DNA from: an uncultured Pseudomonadota bacterium | Lineage (GTDB): Bacteria > Oederibacteriota > Muellerivitia > Muellerivitales > Muellerivitaceae | DNA length: 64,000 nt | Reading direction: 5' to 3' | Assembly (NCBI GenBank): GCA_963770835.1 | Contig: CAVYRH010000005.1 | Coordinates: forward strand, 128,001-192,000 | Shown: positions 21,398 to 30,491 of the stretch, piece after piece | Layout of the letters: each line of letters begins with the position of its first letter | Numbering within the stretch: the first letter of the stretch is position 1 | Position numbers and translations under genes: made by a program | Notes under the pieces: generated by a model | Told to the model about the DNA's origin: nothing | Seen by the model: only the letters and a program-made list of their open reading frames with translations | Database searches by the model: none

Positions 21398-21422
21398 ATA
21401 TTGGGGTTTTCGCCTCCCCTAT

Positions 21423-21431
21423 TGGTATAAT
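21423..21431 (+). promoter_or_regulatory. Extended -10 promoter element upstream of the pilT-TPR operon
   Basis: TGgTATAAT about 47 nt upstream of the ATG; GAGGG RBS. Confidence 0.55.
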
Positions 21432-21477
21432 GCTTCCTGTTTAACCAACACTTTTGAACACTTCTCCGTGAGGGAAA

Positions 21478-23781
21478 ATGGACCTTCAAGAAATCCTTAA
21501 TTCCATGGTCAGCAAAAAGGCCTCGGATGTCCATTTGAAGGCCGGCGCCCCCCCGCAATTCCGCATTGATGGTGACCTGATCCCCCAAAGCGATACCCCC
21601 TTGACTCCCCAGGAACTGGCCGAAGTGGCCACCTACCTCATGGACGAGAAGCAGCAACGCCAGTTCTTCGAGGAACGCAAGGAAGTGGACTTGGCCTATG
21701 CCGTGGAGGGTTTGGCCCGCTTCAGGACCAACGCCATGTGGCAAAGGGGCCTGCCGGAAATCATCATGCGCGTCATCCCCCAGCGCATCCCCAACATCGA
21801 GGACATCAACATGCCCACGGCGATCCTCAAGCAAATCGCCATGGAACAGCGGGGATTGATCCTGGTGACGGGCATAACGGGGTCTGGGAAATCCACCACC
21901 CTGGCCTCCCTCATCAACGAAATGAACATGAACCGCTCCGCCCATATCGTGACGGTGGAGGACCCCATCGAGTTCGTCCACCCGGACAAGAAATCCAGCG
22001 TTTCCCAAAGGGAAGTGGGCCTGGATACCGAGAGTTTCAAATCCGCCCTCAAGTACGTCCTGCGGCAGGACCCGGACATCATTCTCATCGGGGAAATGCG
22101 CGACGTGGAGACCGTTCAGGCGGCCATCACGGCCGCGGAAACGGGCCATTTGGTCCTTTCCACCCTGCATACCATGGACACTATCCAGACCATCGAACGC
22201 ATCCTGGACTTTTTCCCACCCGAACAGCAAAACCAGATCCGGGTGCAGTTGTCGGGCACCCTCAGGGCCGTCATTTGCCAGCGCCTGGTAAATAAGGCTG
22301 ACGGCGTGGGGGTTGTGCCCGCCGCCGAAATCATGATCGTGACGCCCACCATCAAGTCGATCATCGCCGAGGGCAAGATTTCCTCGGTGCGCCAGTACAT
22401 CGCCGAGGGCCAGAGCCAGTACGGCATGCAGACCTTCGACCAGTCCCTCATCCAATTGGTGCGCAAGGGCCTGATCACCAAGGAAAGCGCCATGGAACAG
22501 GCCTCCTCGCCTTCCGAAATCGATCTGGGGCTGAAGGGAATCTCCTCCTCCAAGGCCTCGGCCCAGTCATTGATTTCCCAGATGGAAAACTCCCAGCAAA
22601 AGGAACGCGTTATCGGCTGGCTCAAGCGGGCCCAAGAATATTACGAGAAGCGCCGCTACGACGAAACCCGGGCGGAACTCAAAAGGATCCTTCAGGAAGT
22701 GCCTGACCACAAGGAAGCCAACACCCTCATGGCCCGTTTAAGGGAAATGGACAATCAAACCGAAAAAAAGAAGGACGCTTCGGGCAACATCAAGGCCGCC
22801 TTGCAGCTTTACCGGGAAGGTAAGTCAGAGTCGGCCATCCTGGAGTTCCGGAAGGCCCTGGAAGTGGACCCGGAAAACAAGCAGGCCCAGGCCTACATCA
22901 AGTCCATCCAGGCGGAAATGGAAAACCGCACCCGGGCCCGGGAACATTTCCAGGCCGCCTTGTCGGCCCAGCAGCAAAACGACTTCGCGGGGGCGCTGGC
23001 CCAAGTCGAGCAGGCCCTTGTCCTGGACCCTGAAAACGAGCAGGTGAAGGTTCTGGAGAGAAACCTCAAGGCCTCCGTCCAAAAAGAACAGGCTAAGGCC
23101 AAGGCTGAAAGTTTGAACCAGTCGGCCATCGAGCTTTATAAAAGCGGGGATTTGTTGGGGGCCCTTGTGGCCTGGAACAAGGCTTATGAAATCAATTCGG
23201 AACTGGCCGACGTGGCCAACTACATCCAACAGGGTACCGCGAAACTCCTTTCTTTCGGGGTGGACGGCATCGACGCCAACCCCGAGAAGCAAGTCATCCT
23301 CAACCTCTTTGAACAAGGCGTTCGAAGCTACGTCCGCAGCGACTTCCAGACAGCCATGGATTTTTTCAAGAAGGGCCTTTCCAAGGCGGATGGGAACGCA
23401 TACTTGAGCGCTTACCTCCAAAAATCATCCCAAATGCAGGAACAGCAGGTGGCCGAGTTTTTCCAGGAGGCGGTCCAGCTCCAGCAGGCGGGGGACCTGG
23501 CGGGAGCCCAAAGGGAATTCACGAAGGTCCTCCGGCTTTCTCCGGGCCATCCCCAAGCCGTCCAGCAATTGGCGGCCCTCAAGGCCAACATCCAGCAAAA
23601 GGGAGAAAAGCTATACGCGGACGGCAAGCAGTTCTTTGACGCCAACCAGATGGACCAGGCGATCCGCGTTTGGAACCAGATTCTGGAACTGGATCCCTCC
23701 AACGAAAGGGCCCAAAAGAAGATCGAGGAAGCTAAAATCAAGAAAAACACCTTAAGCGGCATCTTTTCCAAAATCAGCTGA
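21478..23781 (+). CDS. pilT: PilT/PilU-family type IV pilus ATPase fused to a C-terminal TPR region
   Basis: ASDVHL, RFR.N, GITGSGKSTT (Walker A), TVEDPIE, LRQDPD.I.IGEMRD.ET (Walker B), AAETGHLV.STLHT, GMQTFDQSL; then about 400 aa of TPR (ALEVDPEN, ALVLDPEN, ILELDPSN). Confidence 0.9.
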   Translation: MDLQEILNSMVSKKASDVHLKAGAPPQFRIDGDLIPQSDTPLTPQELAEVATYLMDEKQQRQFFEERKEVDLAYAVEGLARFRTNAMWQRGLPEIIMRVIPQRIPNIEDINMPTAILKQIAMEQRGLILVTGITGSGKSTTLASLINEMNMNRSAHIVTVEDPIEFVHPDKKSSVSQREVGLDTESFKSALKYVLRQDPDIILIGEMRDVETVQAAITAAETGHLVLSTLHTMDTIQTIERILDFFPPEQQNQIRVQLSGTLRAVICQRLVNKADGVGVVPAAEIMIVTPTIKSIIAEGKISSVRQYIAEGQSQYGMQTFDQSLIQLVRKGLITKESAMEQASSPSEIDLGLKGISSSKASAQSLISQMENSQQKERVIGWLKRAQEYYEKRRYDETRAELKRILQEVPDHKEANTLMARLREMDNQTEKKKDASGNIKAALQLYREGKSESAILEFRKALEVDPENKQAQAYIKSIQAEMENRTRAREHFQAALSAQQQNDFAGALAQVEQALVLDPENEQVKVLERNLKASVQKEQAKAKAESLNQSAIELYKSGDLLGALVAWNKAYEINSELADVANYIQQGTAKLLSFGVDGIDANPEKQVILNLFEQGVRSYVRSDFQTAMDFFKKGLSKADGNAYLSAYLQKSSQMQEQQVAEFFQEAVQLQQAGDLAGAQREFTKVLRLSPGHPQAVQQLAALKANIQQKGEKLYADGKQFFDANQMDQAIRVWNQILELDPSNERAQKKIEEAKIKKNTLSGIFSKIS

Positions 23782-23801
23782 AATGAAAGAGGGGATTTGA
23801 C

Positions 23802-24230
23802 ATGAGGGGAAGCGATTCCATGGTTAAAAATCTGGTCATCTTCGCGGTGATCCTGATCGTTGTCTTCATCATCGTGCTCAATTCCGGCATGGTGGCCGAC
23901 CAAGTGGTTGGCTGGGTCAAGGACCACCCCAAGGATCCGAATGCGGCCGACGTGCTCTACCGTACGGCCCGTTGGTGCGACATCTTGGGTAATAACGACA
24001 AGGCGGCGGAGCTTTATTGGATGCTTTACCAGGAATACCCGGAACGGGCCGAGCTTTGCGCCCCGGCGCTTTATTACACGGCCTATGACAAGGCCAATGG
24101 AACGTATATCGTGGGGATCAAGAAGCAGGCCCTCACTTATTTGGACATCCTCTTGAACCAGTATTCGGGGCAGTCGGAGTGGTGCACCAAGGGGAAACAA
24201 CTTCAAGATGAGGTGAATTATGCCCATTGA
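23802..24230 (+). CDS. Membrane-anchored TPR-like hypothetical protein
   Basis: N-terminal hydrophobic helix; HPKDP.AADVLY and EYP....A.ALY repeats reminiscent of BamD/YbgF-type TPR. Confidence 0.6.
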   Translation: MRGSDSMVKNLVIFAVILIVVFIIVLNSGMVADQVVGWVKDHPKDPNAADVLYRTARWCDILGNNDKAAELYWMLYQEYPERAELCAPALYYTAYDKANGTYIVGIKKQALTYLDILLNQYSGQSEWCTKGKQLQDEVNYAH

Positions 24231-25170
24231 CAGGCATTTCTGGGTCAAGGCCTTTCCGCTGGCGGCGGCCGTCTTCCTGACAGCCTTTCCCTTAAGAGCT
24301 GCCACTATCGAGGTGGAAAGCGATGACGAAGAGATAGCGGCCTCGCCCACGCCCAGTGCTCCGGTCCCCGTTCCATCGCCTTCGAAACAGGCGGCGTCCT
24401 CCCTGGCTGTTCCAAAGGCACAACTTCCTCCGGCCACCCCCAACCCCGAGGCTCCTCCCCCCACTCGACGGGTGAGGATCAGCGACAACGTGGGTTTTTA
24501 TTATTTTGTCAAGGCCGGCTATGTAGCCGATCCCGACAAGGTCCCCTCCATCGGCCATGTGGTTGGAAATATGGATTACAATATGGCCTACAGTATGCCC
24601 AAAAAGACCTTTATCGAGACGGATTCGGACAAGGACAAACTCTCAACGGGCGATTTATTGGTGATTTACCGCACGGTTCAACCTGTCAACGAAACCCATT
24701 CAGGCTCCCTTGGTTACCAGGTGGAAAACCTGGCTATCGTCCGGGTGGTGGAAACCCAGACGCTCCGTTATTTAGTGGAAGTGATCAAGTCCTTCGCGCC
24801 CTTCCAAGCAGGTGATAAGGTTGAAAGCTACGACAATGAAATCCAGCGTTGGAAACAGGCCCAGATCAAAAAGCCCCTGCCAGCCCAGCCAGTAAAATGC
24901 TACGTGACGGGCGGTTGGGGACAGGCAGGCCAACTGAGATATAACCAAATGGATTACATCTATCTTTCCGCGGGGACGAAAGAAGGGGTGGTGGAAGGTG
25001 AGACCTTCCGTTTGTGGCAGGTGACCGACACAGGTTTGATGGAGGAATCCCTCCGGATGCCCGCAGGGGAAGCCCAGGTCATTTTTGCAGGCCCCGACTG
25101 TTCCACCGCCCAAATCCTGAAGAATAGTGAACCCATCGAAAAAAGTTTCGAGGCCGATTACAAGCCCTAG
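24220..25170 (+). CDS. Secreted TsaP-like / FlgT-C-like beta-domain protein without LysM
   Basis: Signal peptide, Pro/Ser linker, then two beta domains (GD..VIYR....V......LGY.......VRV; IYL.AG..EGV..G..F; P.GE..V......STA.I). Confidence 0.55.
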   Translation: MPIDRHFWVKAFPLAAAVFLTAFPLRAATIEVESDDEEIAASPTPSAPVPVPSPSKQAASSLAVPKAQLPPATPNPEAPPPTRRVRISDNVGFYYFVKAGYVADPDKVPSIGHVVGNMDYNMAYSMPKKTFIETDSDKDKLSTGDLLVIYRTVQPVNETHSGSLGYQVENLAIVRVVETQTLRYLVEVIKSFAPFQAGDKVESYDNEIQRWKQAQIKKPLPAQPVKCYVTGGWGQAGQLRYNQMDYIYLSAGTKEGVVEGETFRLWQVTDTGLMEESLRMPAGEAQVIFAGPDCSTAQILKNSEPIEKSFEADYKP

Positions 25171-25201
25171 GAGGAACCCAGCCCCCGCCAAGGACGCATC
25201 C

Positions 25202-26050
25202 ATGACCGTGAAGAGCGAGGAAGACCCGAATTTCAACCAGATCCTGGCTTTCCTCCTAAGGGCAAAGGGTTTCGATGGGCACAATTATAAACCTAATTAT
25301 ATTAAGCGCCGCATCGCGGTGAGAATGCGGGCGACAGGGTCGGTGAGTTACCGGGATTATTTGGCGGTTTTGGGAAGGGACCGCATGGAACCGTCCCACC
25401 TGCTGGACCGCCTGACCATCCATGTCACGGAATTTTTTCGGGATCCCTCGGTCTACAAAGCGCTGACGGAAAGGATCCTTCCGGAATTTTCCGGTGTTCC
25501 GGGCGGAAAACTGAGGGTCTGGTGCGCGGGGTGTAGCACTGGGGAAGAGGCTTATTCGGCCGCCATCCTGCTCAAGGAATGGGTGGCAGCCTACCCGAAA
25601 CTTTCCATTGAGATTCTGGCGACAGATATCGACGGGGCCAGCGTCAAAACGGCCGAAAAAGGGGATTATCCCGTCGAGGCCGTCAAACGGGTTCCCCGGC
25701 CCCAGGTGGCCCGGTGGTTCCGCACGGTGGGTTCCAGGGTCCTGGTTTCCCAGGAGTTGAAGCACCTCATCCGGTTTCGGGTGCATGACCTGTTGGGGAA
25801 TTGGGAGTCCGCCCTTTCCGGGTTCCATCTTCTTTTTTGCCGGAACCTCTTGATATATCTCACGGGCCCCCAACAACAGAAACTTTACGAACACTTCGCA
25901 GGAGCGATGGTGCCCGGTGGATACCTGGTTTTGGGGCTGACCGAAACACTTTTGGGGCCCGCTCGCCGCTTTTACCGTTGTGTGGACGTGAAGCACCGCA
26001 TTTATCAGGTCCTTCCTGGGATTGATAAAACAACAACGACGGGATCATAA
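25202..26050 (+). CDS. cheR: Chemoreceptor methyltransferase CheR
   Basis: YK...IKRRI..RM, LTI.VTEFFRDP, RVWCAGCSTGEEAYS, ATDID, CRNLLIY, GGYLVLG..E. Confidence 0.95.
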   Translation: MTVKSEEDPNFNQILAFLLRAKGFDGHNYKPNYIKRRIAVRMRATGSVSYRDYLAVLGRDRMEPSHLLDRLTIHVTEFFRDPSVYKALTERILPEFSGVPGGKLRVWCAGCSTGEEAYSAAILLKEWVAAYPKLSIEILATDIDGASVKTAEKGDYPVEAVKRVPRPQVARWFRTVGSRVLVSQELKHLIRFRVHDLLGNWESALSGFHLLFCRNLLIYLTGPQQQKLYEHFAGAMVPGGYLVLGLTETLLGPARRFYRCVDVKHRIYQVLPGIDKTTTTGS

Positions 26051-26062
26051 AAAGGGCCAACC

Positions 26063-27244
26063 ATGGACAAAGCACAGGACCACATCAATCTCGGCACCGC
26101 CTTTTCCCTTTCCCGGCGGTTTGAGGACGCCATTGTGGAATTCAAAAAGGCGCTGGAAATGAGCCCCTCGGACGGGGAGATCCTATTTCAATTGGGCGGG
26201 CTTTGCACCAACGTTGGGAATTATGGCGAGGCCGAAACCCATTACCGGAAGTCCCTGGACATCAACCCCATGAACCTGAACGCCCATTGCAAGCTGGGTC
26301 TGCTTTTGGAAGTGCAGGGTAAGTACCCCGAGGCGGTGGAAGAATTCAAGAAAGCCGTCGAGTTGAACCCCGATGACGCGGGTCTTTACAACAACCTGGG
26401 GAACGTTTTTTCAAAGATGGGCAAGTATCAGGAGTCGGTGGAACAGTACCAGAAGTATATTTCCATCAATCCCAGCAACGCTGAAATTTTCTTTAAAATG
26501 GGGTACGCTTTCGAGCAGGACGGGCAATTGGAGGGGGCCGTTTCGGCCTATGAGAGGGCGCTGATCATCAACCCCCGGCATGGGGCGGTTTACGCCATTC
26601 TGGGGAACGCCTACCTGAAACGCGGGGAATACGCGGCGGCCATCACCCAGTTCCAACAGGCCCTGAAAATCAACCCCAATGAGCCGGAAGTTCACTTAAA
26701 GCTGGGGCAGGCCTATATGTCCATGGGCCGCTACGACGACGCCCTAATCGTTCTCCAACAGGCGCGGGTTCGGAACCCAAACAATACGGAAGTCTACCTC
26801 AAAATGGGCATGATCTACGCCGGGCGGGGCCGACACGAGGAGGCCATCCAAATGTACCGGAAAGTCATGGAGATCAACCCGCACGACGCCAGCGTGCACA
26901 ATGTACTTGGATATATTTACGACAAGCAGGGTGATTTACAGAAGGCCCTTGAGGAATACCAGGCGGCCAAGGCCATCAATCCCAACGACATCCTGATTCT
27001 GGACAACCTCGGGAACCTGAACTACCGGCAAGGGAACTTCGACGCGGCGGCGGCGGATTACGAAAAGGTAGTGGCCTTGAACCCCGCCCACGGCGATGCC
27101 CACTCAAAACTCGGGAATATCTACCTGAAGAAGGGGGACCGCCCCCAAGCGGTGGCCCATTGGGAAAAGGCCCTCGCCCTGGACCCCGGTAATGAGATCC
27201 TGAAAAACAACCTGAGGATTTTAGGAGAAACCAAACCCGTATGA
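26063..27244 (+). CDS. Cytoplasmic all-TPR protein (roughly 11 repeats)
   Basis: 34-aa periodic LG...G...A...Y..A..INP over the whole length. Confidence 0.92.
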   Translation: MDKAQDHINLGTAFSLSRRFEDAIVEFKKALEMSPSDGEILFQLGGLCTNVGNYGEAETHYRKSLDINPMNLNAHCKLGLLLEVQGKYPEAVEEFKKAVELNPDDAGLYNNLGNVFSKMGKYQESVEQYQKYISINPSNAEIFFKMGYAFEQDGQLEGAVSAYERALIINPRHGAVYAILGNAYLKRGEYAAAITQFQQALKINPNEPEVHLKLGQAYMSMGRYDDALIVLQQARVRNPNNTEVYLKMGMIYAGRGRHEEAIQMYRKVMEINPHDASVHNVLGYIYDKQGDLQKALEEYQAAKAINPNDILILDNLGNLNYRQGNFDAAAADYEKVVALNPAHGDAHSKLGNIYLKKGDRPQAVAHWEKALALDPGNEILKNNLRILGETKPV

Positions 27245-27972
27245 TGAAATCCCAGGAAAAATCACTGGGCGAACTCCTGCGCCAGGCCGGAAAAATCACC
27301 TACCGCCAGATCCAGGTGGCCTTGGGCGAGCAAAAGAAGAGCCATGAGCCCATCGGGAAGGTGCTGGTGCGCCTGGGATTTGTCGAGGAACGGGACATCC
27401 TACAGGTCATGCAAGGCATGCTGGCCCTGACCTTCCGGGTTGAGAGCGAATGGTATGGGATTGAGACCTTCCGGGTCCGGGAGGTGTTGAAATACGCTTC
27501 CTTCCAGGCTTTGGAACCGCGGCGGGAGCCCTGGGAGGGGGAATTTGCCTTACGGGGCCAAAAGCTTCCCCTTTTGTCCTTCCGTAAGTTCCTGGGGCTT
27601 TCCCTTCCGGAAAATCCCAAGGGCACTTGGTTCATTGTCCTTGAAAAAGAGCGGAAATTTTTCATCCTGTGGGTCGACGAGGTGCGGGAGGTGGCCCGGT
27701 TTAAGATCGACCAGATTGAGCCCGTGCCCACCTATCTTTTCGGGAAAAAGAACGAATTGTATTACTGTTTGGGTAGAATAAAAGGAGAGCTTTATTCGAT
27801 CCTAAACCCGGACAAGCTGGCGGAGGAATCCGGCCTGCTTCCCCTGGTTCCGGGGAAAGAGGAAGCCGAAACGGTTATCCCGCCCCTTTCGGGCGGAGGC
27901 CCGGCATTGGTATCGGATGAAGTCCGCCAAAGACAAGCCCCGGCCCAGAAGCCGGAAGGCCGAAAGGGTTGA
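27241..27972 (+). CDS. MshEN (GSPII-E N-terminal) domain fused to a CheW-like domain
   Basis: SLGELLRQAGKITYRQIQVALGEQ and PIGKVLVRLGFV; then F.V..E.YGIE...VREV, G...LRG..LP, VDEV..V, IEP.P, ILNPDKL. Confidence 0.8.
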   Translation: MMKSQEKSLGELLRQAGKITYRQIQVALGEQKKSHEPIGKVLVRLGFVEERDILQVMQGMLALTFRVESEWYGIETFRVREVLKYASFQALEPRREPWEGEFALRGQKLPLLSFRKFLGLSLPENPKGTWFIVLEKERKFFILWVDEVREVARFKIDQIEPVPTYLFGKKNELYYCLGRIKGELYSILNPDKLAEESGLLPLVPGKEEAETVIPPLSGGGPALVSDEVRQRQAPAQKPEGRKG

Positions 27973-27973
27973 G

Positions 27974-28147
27974 CATGCCAACCTTCATTTTTAAGCCTTT
28001 TTTAAAGAGATTGGTATTGCACCGATTTCTATATTACTTTTTCCAAAAGGAAAATCGGCGCATGCCAACCTTCATTTTTAAAGATTTCAAGGAAGTTGGT
28101 ATCGTACCAATTTCTTTAATCTATTTATTGCTATAGGAAAATTGGTA
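27974..28147 (+). repeat. Two tandem 87-nt double-hairpin units (copies 1 and 2)
   Basis: CATGCCAACCTTCATTTTTAA...TTGGTAT.G.ACC.ATTTCT...AGGAAAAT.GG..CATG, with ATGs at 27975, 28062 and 28149. Confidence 0.9.
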
Positions 28148-28148
28148 C

Positions 28149-30362
28149 ATGCCCCCCCGTCCCGAAACCAAAACCATCCGTGAAATGGCCAATGGCAGCG
28201 ACCAAGGAGATGCCTCCACCCATAACAACCTTGGCGTTTTTTATTATTCCAAGGGCATGCACGCCGAGGCCATCAAAGAATTTAAGACCGCCCTGGAAGT
28301 GGACCCCGAAAACCACCAAGCCCAAGAAAACCTGAAGGCCGTCAACCGGCACACGGGCCTTTTTGACCGTTCCATCGAGGCCTACAAGAAGTCGGTCCAG
28401 ATGTTCCCGCAGGACCCCGAGTCCCATTACAACCTGGCCAATTCCAACCGTTATATTGGGGAATATGAAAAGGCTATTGAGGGCTACGAGAAATGCCTCA
28501 GCCTGAACCCCGACCACCCCTTCGCCCGCAATTACCTGGGAATTTCCTATAAATGCCTCGGGAAATTCGACGAGGCCATGGCCGAGTTCCGCAAGGCCAT
28601 CGAGAAGAACCCCTTTTTTGCCGACCTCCACAACAACCTGGGCGAGGTTTATTACAAGAAGGCAATGGTGAACGAGTCCCTCATTGAGTTTAAAAAGGCC
28701 ATTTCCCTCAACCCGGAATATGCCACCGCCCATTACAACCTCAGCTTCGTCTATGGCGACAAAAACATGCTGGAGGAAGCCGAGAGGGAATTCAAAAAAG
28801 CCGTGGACCTAAACCCCAATTTTGGGCAGGGCGCCCAGGCTCTGCTGTCCATCGAGCGGGCCAAAACCATGGAGGAACGGGTGGCCGAAAAAGTGGCCTC
28901 CCAGCCAATGGGAACCTCCAGCGTGGAAACCTACCTGAGCCTGGCCTCCGCCTACAAGGGCAAGGGCCTTTTGGACGAGGCCATCAAGGAGTACAAGCGG
29001 GCCATCGAGGCCATTCCCAATGAAGAAAAACTTTACCGCGCCCTGGGCGAAATCTACCTCCTGCGGGGCATGCTGGAAGATTCCCTGGCGGCCTCCCAAA
29101 AGGCCATCGAACTGGCGCCTAAGAGCGTCGAGAACCACATCCAGGCCGGCATTGCCTTAAGGGAGCTCAACCGTATTCAACCCTCCGCGGACCAATTTTT
29201 AAAAGCCATCGAGATCGTGCCGGGCTCCAGCATGGCCCATTTCGAGCTGGGGGTGACTTATTTCAAGATGGGGGAGGGCGAAAAGGCCACCCGTGAGGTC
29301 CGGGAAGCTCTGGAGATCGATCCTCAAAACGCCGAGGCCCACTATTATCTGGGTGTCTATTACTACAAAGTGAACCTTTACGACGAGGCGATCCGCGAAA
29401 TTTCTCAGGCGATCGACCTGAACGTCTCCATCGCCTCCAGCGCAGAGGCCCTGACCTACTTGGGACTGGCCCTGGCGGACAAGGGGCGCTACGAGGAGGC
29501 CATCGCCGAGTACAAGAAGGCCATGGAGTTCGACCCCAAGAACCCCATCATCCACAACAGCCTGGGCGTGGCCTACAAGAACGCGGGAATGACCCAGGAG
29601 GCCATCCGCCACTACCAGCTAGCCATCGAGTTGAATCCCCAATACGCCAAGGCCTACAACAACCTGGGCGTGGTTTATTTCAAACTAAGCCAGTATGAAA
29701 AGGCCATCGAGGCCTTCAAGCGGGCGGTAGAGATCGAGCCGGACTACAAGACGGCCCAGAACAACCTGGCCGTCGCCATGAAGAAAAAGAACGTCCTCTC
29801 CGAGGCCTCCGAGGTGCTCATCAAGCAGATCATGGCCGACCCCGAAAACCCCTCCCTTCATTACAACCTGGGAAGCCTTTACAAGAACACCGGCCAATAC
29901 GCCGAGGCGGTCCGGGAATACCAGGAAACCCTCCGCTTGGCGCCCAAGAACCGCGAGGCCCTGACGAACCTGGGGGAGGTCTACCTGAACATGGAGTCTC
30001 TGGACGACGCGGTCAAGGTGCTGGCGAAGGCTGTCTCCTGCGACCCCAAGTTTCCGGAGGCCCACCTGCAGCTGGCCAAGGTTTATATCCGCCGCAAGTG
30101 GTGGGACGAGGCCCTGGTGGAGCTCAAGAAAACCCAGGAGGTGAAGGCCGACATCACCGAGATCCATTTTCATCTGGGGCAGGTTTACCGGTCGAAAAGT
30201 TGGTGGGATGAGGCCGTCGAGGAGTTTCAGAAATACATGGATTCCTCCAACGCGGAGGAGGAAAAGGTCACCCAATCCATCGATGCCATCCAGCAGATCC
30301 AGTCCTGGAAGAAGGAGCTTCAGATTTCGCCCAGTGCGGGCCAGTCCAAGCTGATCAAATAA
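28149..30362 (+). CDS. Large cytoplasmic all-TPR protein (roughly 20 repeats)
   Basis: HNNLG...Y...A..E...A...DP units throughout; no signal peptide or catalytic domain recognised. Confidence 0.92.
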   Translation: MPPRPETKTIREMANGSDQGDASTHNNLGVFYYSKGMHAEAIKEFKTALEVDPENHQAQENLKAVNRHTGLFDRSIEAYKKSVQMFPQDPESHYNLANSNRYIGEYEKAIEGYEKCLSLNPDHPFARNYLGISYKCLGKFDEAMAEFRKAIEKNPFFADLHNNLGEVYYKKAMVNESLIEFKKAISLNPEYATAHYNLSFVYGDKNMLEEAEREFKKAVDLNPNFGQGAQALLSIERAKTMEERVAEKVASQPMGTSSVETYLSLASAYKGKGLLDEAIKEYKRAIEAIPNEEKLYRALGEIYLLRGMLEDSLAASQKAIELAPKSVENHIQAGIALRELNRIQPSADQFLKAIEIVPGSSMAHFELGVTYFKMGEGEKATREVREALEIDPQNAEAHYYLGVYYYKVNLYDEAIREISQAIDLNVSIASSAEALTYLGLALADKGRYEEAIAEYKKAMEFDPKNPIIHNSLGVAYKNAGMTQEAIRHYQLAIELNPQYAKAYNNLGVVYFKLSQYEKAIEAFKRAVEIEPDYKTAQNNLAVAMKKKNVLSEASEVLIKQIMADPENPSLHYNLGSLYKNTGQYAEAVREYQETLRLAPKNREALTNLGEVYLNMESLDDAVKVLAKAVSCDPKFPEAHLQLAKVYIRRKWWDEALVELKKTQEVKADITEIHFHLGQVYRSKSWWDEAVEEFQKYMDSSNAEEEKVTQSIDAIQQIQSWKKELQISPSAGQSKLIK

Positions 30363-30380
30363 ACACCGCCCCGGCGCTGG

Positions 30381-30432
30381 AAACCCCTGGCTTTATCGGT
30401 CGGCCGGGCCGGAGCTTCCGGGGTTTTTGCTT
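30381..30432 (+). terminator. Possible terminator after the TPR gene
   Basis: AAACCCC...GGGGTTT and an inner CCGGA-GCT-TCCGG, followed by TTTTTGCTT. Confidence 0.35.
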
Positions 30433-30491
30433 TATTATTGGGGCTTTTGCGGTTAAAACAGGTTTGATGGAAACCCCGAGAGAAGGACTTT

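Noticed and set aside
21364..24488. Long minus-strand ORFs (363, 198 and 358 aa) over pilT-TPR
   Set aside because: Antisense shadows of a GC3-rich gene with no recognisable motifs.
27974..28147. Repeat units read as a mini CRISPR array
   Set aside because: There are only two units per locus with degenerate repeats. The variable parts are hairpin loops rather than spacer-like sequences, and no cas genes are present.
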